From positions 10,988 through 74,987 of the forward strand of contig CAVQPG010000016.1 in NCBI GenBank assembly GCA_963714675.1: a stretch of DNA of 64,000 bases, in the 5' to 3' direction. This document shows, in pieces, positions 59,197-64,000 of this stretch; position 1 is the stretch's first letter, and every line of letters starts with the position of its first letter. The notes below the pieces were generated by a model, which saw only the letters and a list, made by a program, of their open reading frames with translations, was not told the origin of the DNA and searched no databases. The DNA is from an uncultured Chloroflexia bacterium (GTDB lineage Bacteria; Chloroflexota; Limnocylindria; Limnocylindrales; CSP1-4). The position numbers and the translations under genes were made by a program.

Positions 59197-60049
59197 GTGA
59201 TCGTCGACAGCCACCAGCACTTGTGGGATCTCGAAGAGGTCGACTACCCGTGGCTGGTGCCCGACTACGGGCCGATCTATCGCACCTTCAAGCCGGCGGA
59301 GCTTGAACCGCAGCTGGCCGCGGCAGGGGTCGACCGCACCGTGCTGGTGCAAGCGGCCAACTCCTTCGCCGACACCGATTCCATGCTGCGCCACGCCGAC
59401 GCCTACGACTGGATCGGCGCGGTCGTGGGCTGGGTGCCGCTCGAGGATGCCCACGAAGCGGCGCGCGTCCTCGATGGTCGGTACCTGCGGAACCCGTGGT
59501 TCAAGGGCGTGCGCCACCTCAATCACGAGGAGGCCGACCCCGACTGGCTGGTGCGCCCGGCTGTCCTCGACGGGCTCAAGGTGCTGCAGGAGCGCGGCGT
59601 GCCCTACGACGTCGTCGCAGTCTTCCCGCTGCACCTGGGACACGTGCCGGCACTGGCGCAGGCCTGCCCCGATCTGCCCATGGTCATCGACCACCTGGCC
59701 AAGCCGCCCATCGCCAGCGGCGACTACGACGCCTGGAAGGCCGACGTTGCGCGCGGCCGCGGAGTACCCCAACGTCCACGCCAAGCTCTCGGGTCTCAAC
59801 ACGGCCGCGGATTGGGAGACCTGGACGGGGGCCGACCTGGTGGAGTCGATCGGCTACGCGCTGGAGGTCTTCGGCGCCGAGCGCCTGATGTTCGGCGGCG
59901 ACTGGCCGGTGGCCATCCTGGCCGGCGACTACGCCAAGGTCTGGGCCGAGACCAACAGGGCGCTCGACGAACTGGGCGTGCAGGTGAGCGATCGCGCTGC
60001 CATCCTCGGTGGCACCGCGGCCCGGTTCTACTCGATCGAGGGGGAGTGA
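59197..60049 (+). pseudogene. amidohydrolase-2-family sugar lactonase-like protein, frame broken once
   Basis: GTG 59197 follows AAAGGGGG, with the VIVDSHQHLWD metal motif. ORF 59140 continues in ORF 59303..60049 (..AAEYPNVHAKLSGLNTAADW...GGDWPV..), with the switch at about 59755. Confidence 0.75.
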
Positions 60050-60372
60050 TGAAGCGGTACGGACAGCTCATCGGCCTGAAGCCCGAGCACTACGACGAGT
60101 ACGTCAAGGCCCATGCGGACGTGTGGCCGGGCGTGCTGGCCAAGATCGGCGACTGCAACATCCGCAACTACTCGATCTTCCACCGCAAGGGCCAGCTCTT
60201 CGCCTACTTCGAGTACGTCGGCGACGACTTCGAAGCCGACATGCAGAAGATGGCGGACGACCCCGAGACCCAACGCTGGTGGGACTGGATGATGCCCCTG
60301 CAGGAACCCCTCGCCGATCGTGACGAAGGGGAGTGGTGGAGCGACATGGAGGAGGTATTCCATACGGATTGA
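60049..60372 (+). CDS. rhaM: L-rhamnose mutarotase family protein
   Basis: 107 aa (MKRYGQLIGLKPEHYDEYVKAHADVWPGVLAKI..NYSIF....LFAYFEY.GDDF..DM..MA.DP.TQRWW), the typical RhaM pattern. The ATG overlaps the upstream TGA. Confidence 0.85.
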   Translation: MKRYGQLIGLKPEHYDEYVKAHADVWPGVLAKIGDCNIRNYSIFHRKGQLFAYFEYVGDDFEADMQKMADDPETQRWWDWMMPLQEPLADRDEGEWWSDMEEVFHTD

Positions 60373-60441
60373 CCCGACCAAGGGATAGGGCCGCACACGC
60401 GGCAGAGAACCGGATCCGACCGGAGGAGTAGAGGAGCAAGG

Positions 60442-61812
60442 ATGCGCGACACCATGACCATCAAGGGCGGGCGCTTGGCGATCCCGCTGGCGGCAGCTCT
60501 TGCCGCGACCGCGCTGGGCGCAGGCACCGCGCTGGCCCAAGGTGAGCCGGCCGATGCCGGCCTCGACCAGGACCTGTCCGGCGTGACCATCAAGATGGCG
60601 ACCATCGGTGGCCAGCCGTACGAGGCCATGTACGACTCCATCAGTCGTTTCGAGGAGGCCACCGGCGCGACCGTCGAGATCGTCTTCCTGGGCGACGGCT
60701 TCGAGATCGACCGCTACCTCAAGACCAACTACGCGGCAGGCACGACCGACTTCGACGTGGCCTGGAACCACACCAGCTTCATGTCCCAGTACACCAACTT
60801 CGTGGAGCCGCTGCAGGACTACTTCACCGAGGAGGAACTGGCCGCCTTCTCGCCCAGCATCATCGAAGCCGCCACCATCGACGGCAACCTGCAGCTCATT
60901 CCGCGACACGCGGACATCAGCGCGTTGCACTACCGCACGGACCTGTTCGGGGACGCCGACCTTCAGGCGGCCTTCGAGGCCGAGTATGGCTACCCGCTGG
61001 CCCCGCCCACGACCCTCGACCAGATGTACGACATGTCGGAGTTCTTCGTGGGCCAGGGTGTGGTCGCGTACGGCACCGAGTTCGCGGGCCGGGAAGAAGC
61101 GCTCGCTGGTCGCTTCTATGAGGTCCTCTTCGCCAACGGCGGGGATTACTTCGACGCTGACTTGAATCCCATCTTCGACTCCGAGGCTGGCGTCCTGGCT
61201 GCTACCTGGATGCGCGACCTGTACGCCAACGGCCTCATCCCCGCAGATACTCCCAACCTGCTGTGGCCTGAGGTCGCGGCCAACTTCTGCAATGGCGACG
61301 TCGCCTTCTACCTGGAGTGGTACGGCTGGTATTCGTACTTCCAGGATCCCGAGTCCTGTCCCGCCGTCGCCGGTAACTTCGGCCTGGCCCGCGGACCGGT
61401 GGGCGCTGCTGACGTCCACACCGGCTGGGCCGGTGCGCATGCCTTCAGCGTGGCCAAGTCCTCGCAGAACAAGGATGCCGCCGTCCAGCTTGTGAAGTTC
61501 CTCACCTCTGAGGCGGTCGAGTACGACGAGGCCAAGCTCGGCGTGCTGCCGGTTCGAGCCGACGTTTCGGCGCTTGTCCAGGCCGACGCGGCCGCGTCCG
61601 ACGTCGCGCTCGACAGCGAACGCCTTGCCCTCGCTGAACTGCAGGTCAGCGAGGACTTCCGGACGCCCCCGCTGTTCGCTGACTGGATCAGCTTCACCGA
61701 CACGTGGGCGCCCACGCTCCAGGGCATCATCCTTGGTGACCTGACCGTCGAGGACGGTCTGGCCAAGGGTGTCGCCGACACCAAGGACCTGCTCTCCAGC
61801 CTCGGCTACTGA
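60442..61812 (+). CDS. carbohydrate ABC transporter substrate-binding protein (CUT1, family 1 SBP)
   Basis: Intact 456-aa ORF with a signal peptide (..LAAALAATALGAGTALAQG). Confidence 0.8.
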   Translation: MRDTMTIKGGRLAIPLAAALAATALGAGTALAQGEPADAGLDQDLSGVTIKMATIGGQPYEAMYDSISRFEEATGATVEIVFLGDGFEIDRYLKTNYAAGTTDFDVAWNHTSFMSQYTNFVEPLQDYFTEEELAAFSPSIIEAATIDGNLQLIPRHADISALHYRTDLFGDADLQAAFEAEYGYPLAPPTTLDQMYDMSEFFVGQGVVAYGTEFAGREEALAGRFYEVLFANGGDYFDADLNPIFDSEAGVLAATWMRDLYANGLIPADTPNLLWPEVAANFCNGDVAFYLEWYGWYSYFQDPESCPAVAGNFGLARGPVGAADVHTGWAGAHAFSVAKSSQNKDAAVQLVKFLTSEAVEYDEAKLGVLPVRADVSALVQADAAASDVALDSERLALAELQVSEDFRTPPLFADWISFTDTWAPTLQGIILGDLTVEDGLAKGVADTKDLLSSLGY

Positions 61813-61824
61813 GCAACCGCTCGC

Positions 61825-61856
61825 AGAGGGGCCGCGCCAGCAGGTGCGGCCCCTCT
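61825..61856 (+). terminator. perfect 11-bp GC-rich hairpin after the SBP gene (attenuator/terminator candidate)
   Basis: agaggggccgc (61825-61835) pairs with gcggcccctct (61846-61856) around a 10-nt loop. There is no U-tract. The position after an SBP gene fits differential-expression hairpins in ABC operons. Confidence 0.4.
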
Positions 61857-61900
61857 CGACGTGACGGCCTGACCCGACAGCACCCGATGCCATCCGACTG

Positions 61901-62863
61901 ATGACGACTGACGCCGCCCGACTGCCCGGCACGCTGCCGCCACCGGACCGAGAGTCCGCGCTTGCCCGGCTGCGGCGCCGACAGTGGTTCCCATATCTCA
62001 TGACGCTGCCGGCGCTTCTCATCGTGCTGGCTGTCGTCGTCTTTCCGATGGTCTACGCGCTCTATGTTTCGTTTACGCCATTCCATCTGTTGAGGCCGGA
62101 CACGACCTCTCAGTTCGTGCTCGACGACATGTTCAATAACTACGCCCGTCTGGCCCGGGACGACGTGTTCTGGCGGGCACTGCGCAACACGGTCATCTTC
62201 ATGTTCGTTACGGTGAACGCGTCCCTGATCATCGGCTTCGGCATGGCCATGATGATGGCTCGGATGACCTTCGCGACCGGACCGGCGCGTACGCTCCTGA
62301 TGATCCCGATGATGTTCGCCCCGGTCCTCATCGGTTTCCAGTTCGCCTGGTTCTTCAACGCCACGGTCGGCCTGGTCAATAACGCGTTGACCACGCTGGG
62401 GTTGATCTCGCAGCCGATTCCGTTCCTCATCGACGAGCCCACCGGCATGGTGTCGCTGATGCTGGCTTCGATCTGGATGATGGTCCCCATCGTGACCATC
62501 GTGCTGTTGGCCGGCCGCCTCTCCTTGTCTGAGGAGCTGTACGACGCCGCCTCAGTCGACGGGGCCTCCGTGTATCAGCGGATGCGGCACATCACCATCC
62601 CGCAGATGCGGCCATTCTTCGTCATCGTGCTGTTGCTGCTCTCGCTCGATATCGCCCGCTCGTACGACATCGTGCGCATCATGACCGACGGCGGACCTGC
62701 GCACCGCACTGAACTCATCTGGACCTATGCCGGCCAGCTGGCCATTCGCAACTCCCAGTTCGGCATGGCCTCGGCGATGTCGATGACCGGCGTCGTTCTC
62801 GGCGTGGCCTTCACGTTCTATCTCTTCCGCCAGATGATGCAACTGCGCAAGGACATGGGATGA
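61901..62863 (+). CDS. carbohydrate ABC transporter permease (CUT1, MalF/UgpA-like)
   Basis: Intact 320-aa multi-span ORF with an EAA-type loop (..LYDAASVDGASVYQRMRHITIPQM..). Confidence 0.85.
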   Translation: MTTDAARLPGTLPPPDRESALARLRRRQWFPYLMTLPALLIVLAVVVFPMVYALYVSFTPFHLLRPDTTSQFVLDDMFNNYARLARDDVFWRALRNTVIFMFVTVNASLIIGFGMAMMMARMTFATGPARTLLMIPMMFAPVLIGFQFAWFFNATVGLVNNALTTLGLISQPIPFLIDEPTGMVSLMLASIWMMVPIVTIVLLAGRLSLSEELYDAASVDGASVYQRMRHITIPQMRPFFVIVLLLLSLDIARSYDIVRIMTDGGPAHRTELIWTYAGQLAIRNSQFGMASAMSMTGVVLGVAFTFYLFRQMMQLRKDMG

Positions 62864-63774
62864 CAAGCACTGCGCCGACCACCTCGAACACCACTCCTTC
62901 CGCCAGGTCCCGCCATACCACACGCCGTCGCATCCACTGGCGCGATATCGGCGCCAACTGGCTCGCCTTCACGGTCCTCACGCTCCTGGCACTGCCGGCC
63001 ATCTGGATCATCCTGACGGCCTTTCGGCCGAACCTGGAGGTCAACGCCTCACCCCCGATCTGGATCCCGCAGACCATCACACTCGATGCCTTCGGGCAGC
63101 TCTTCGGCCTTAACCCGGGTCTCGCCGCCGGAGTCCCGGTCGGGAGTTACCTGGTCAACTCGCTGTCTGTGGCGCTGCTCGCCACGGCGGTGTCGGTGCC
63201 GATCGGTACAGCGGCAGGCTACGCATTCTCGCGATTCGACTTCGTCGGCAGCCGTATGTTGCTGCTCCTGCTCCTGCTCACCCGCGCCGTCCCTGGGATC
63301 GCACTGAGCCTGCCCCTGTTCTTGCTGATGCGGACGGTCGGCCTCGTGGACACGGTCCACGGACTCGCCCTCGTCTACATCGCGCTGAACATCCCCTTCA
63401 CCGCGTGGTTGATGGATGGCTTCTTCCGGCGCATCCCGAAGGAGCTCGACGATGCTGCCTTCGTTGACGGGGCCAGCCACTGGCAGACCTTCTGGAAGAT
63501 CGATCTGCCCCTAGCGCTACCGGGACTCGGTGCCGCGGCCGTCTTCGCCTTCCTGGCCGCTTGGAACGAGTACCAGATCGCCAGCATCATGACCAAGACA
63601 CCGGCGGCCAAGACGTTCCCAGTCGGACTGTTCGACTTCACCGGCCAGTTCACGGTCGACTGGCGGGGCATGGCTGCGATGTCCGTGCTGATGATGATCC
63701 CCGCCATCATCTTCGTGATGCTGATGTCGCGAAGCCTGACCCGGGGCCTCACCTTCGGAGCCGTGAAGGGGTAG
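62860..63774 (+). CDS. carbohydrate ABC transporter permease (CUT1, MalG/UgpE-like)
   Basis: Intact 304-aa multi-span ORF with an EAA loop (..LDDAAFVDGASHWQTFWKIDLPLA..). ATGA overlap with the previous permease gene. Confidence 0.85.
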   Translation: MTSTAPTTSNTTPSARSRHTTRRRIHWRDIGANWLAFTVLTLLALPAIWIILTAFRPNLEVNASPPIWIPQTITLDAFGQLFGLNPGLAAGVPVGSYLVNSLSVALLATAVSVPIGTAAGYAFSRFDFVGSRMLLLLLLLTRAVPGIALSLPLFLLMRTVGLVDTVHGLALVYIALNIPFTAWLMDGFFRRIPKELDDAAFVDGASHWQTFWKIDLPLALPGLGAAAVFAFLAAWNEYQIASIMTKTPAAKTFPVGLFDFTGQFTVDWRGMAAMSVLMMIPAIIFVMLMSRSLTRGLTFGAVKG

Positions 63775-63778
63775 CGAG

Positions 63779-64000
63779 ATGACGCGACTGTACGAGCCGA
63801 ACTGGCGCATCGAAGCCGGCGCGGGACGCGATCTGCGCATCGGCCTCATCGGCTGTGGCGGCATCGTCTCGGGCGCCCACCTGCCGGCCTACCAGGCGGC
63901 CGGCCTGCAGGTGACGGCCGTCTTCGACGTCGACCAGGAGAAGGCCCGCAAGGTCGCCGACGACTTCGCTATCCCGGCGGTCGCATCCTCGGCCGAGGAG
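63779..64000 (+). CDS. Gfo/Idh/MocA-family oxidoreductase (5' part, runs off the window)
   Basis: Open-ended, so not in the ORF track. ATG 63779 gives MTRLYEPNWRIEAGAGRDLRIGLIGCGGIVSGAHLPAYQAAGLQVTAVFDVDQEKARKVADDF, a classic N-terminal Rossmann segment of the family. Confidence 0.7.
   Translation, partial: MTRLYEPNWRIEAGAGRDLRIGLIGCGGIVSGAHLPAYQAAGLQVTAVFDVDQEKARKVADDFAIPAVASSAEE

Noticed and set aside
60028-62022. 664-aa minus-strand ORF overlapping the rhaM and SBP genes. Similar very long ORFs include 53437..55455 (+, 672 aa), 37650..39137 (+), 23473..24531 (-), 28316..29335 (-), 101..904 (+) and 32682..33668 (+).
   Set aside because: These are antisense or off-frame shadow ORFs, which are typical of high-GC DNA. 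Their translations are Arg/Gly/Pro/Ala-rich low-complexity strings with no family motifs, and each lies opposite a gene with clear motifs.
1-64000. Search for rRNA, tRNA, CRISPR arrays, transposases, integrases, phage genes, toxin-antitoxin systems or defence systems.
   Set aside because: I recognised none. Intergenic regions are short, I saw no regularly spaced direct repeats, and every sizeable ORF with motifs is metabolic, transport or regulatory. Small RNAs cannot be excluded without covariance-model searches.

Overview
High-GC bacterial chromosomal segment. Codon usage looks Actinomycetota-like, but the taxon cannot be determined from this window. The content is wholly metabolic: I recognised no rRNA, tRNA, CRISPR, transposase or phage genes. 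There are four carbohydrate ABC-uptake loci: three CUT2/ribose-type (5164-8083, 14531-18146, 41695-46346) and one CUT1-type (60442-63774). Around them sit oxidative sugar and sugar-acid enzymes (SDRs, SMP-30 and amidohydrolase-type lactonases, enolase-superfamily and IlvD/Edd dehydratases, Gfo/Idh/MocA oxidoreductases, class II xylose isomerase, rhamnose mutarotase, FGGY kinases, class II aldolases) plus GntR/FadR and LacI regulators. The unusual layer is a corrinoid methyl-transfer system threaded through these sugar loci. It comprises six full-length URO-D/MtaA-CmuA-type methyltransferase paralogues plus one fragment, four MtaC-like corrinoid proteins, one pterin-binding methyl-THF:corrinoid methyltransferase, and a MetF(-MetV fusion)/FolD/Fhs tetrahydrofolate C1-oxidation block. 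A perfect 14-bp LacI-type palindrome (GTCAACCGGTTGAC) lies in front of the sugar operons around the LacI gene and also in front of the C1 block, which suggests one regulon. My working hypothesis is corrinoid-dependent O-demethylation of methylated sugars or cyclitols, with the methyl group passed into THF. I am not aware that this has been described. Other notable structure: a diverged 4.3-kb tandem duplication (RraA-like/DHDPS-like/FGGY kinase/aldolase/HAD); a ~99% identical 0.64-kb duplication of a corrinoid gene next to a mosaic of gene remnants; and many single-nucleotide frame breaks that cluster by region. Some genes are broken about once per 100 bp while 6-7 kb stretches are clean, so these breaks are either assembly indels or recent decay. 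All functional calls come from my reading of motifs in the supplied translations and my own frame tracing; no database search was run, and frame-break positions are approximate.
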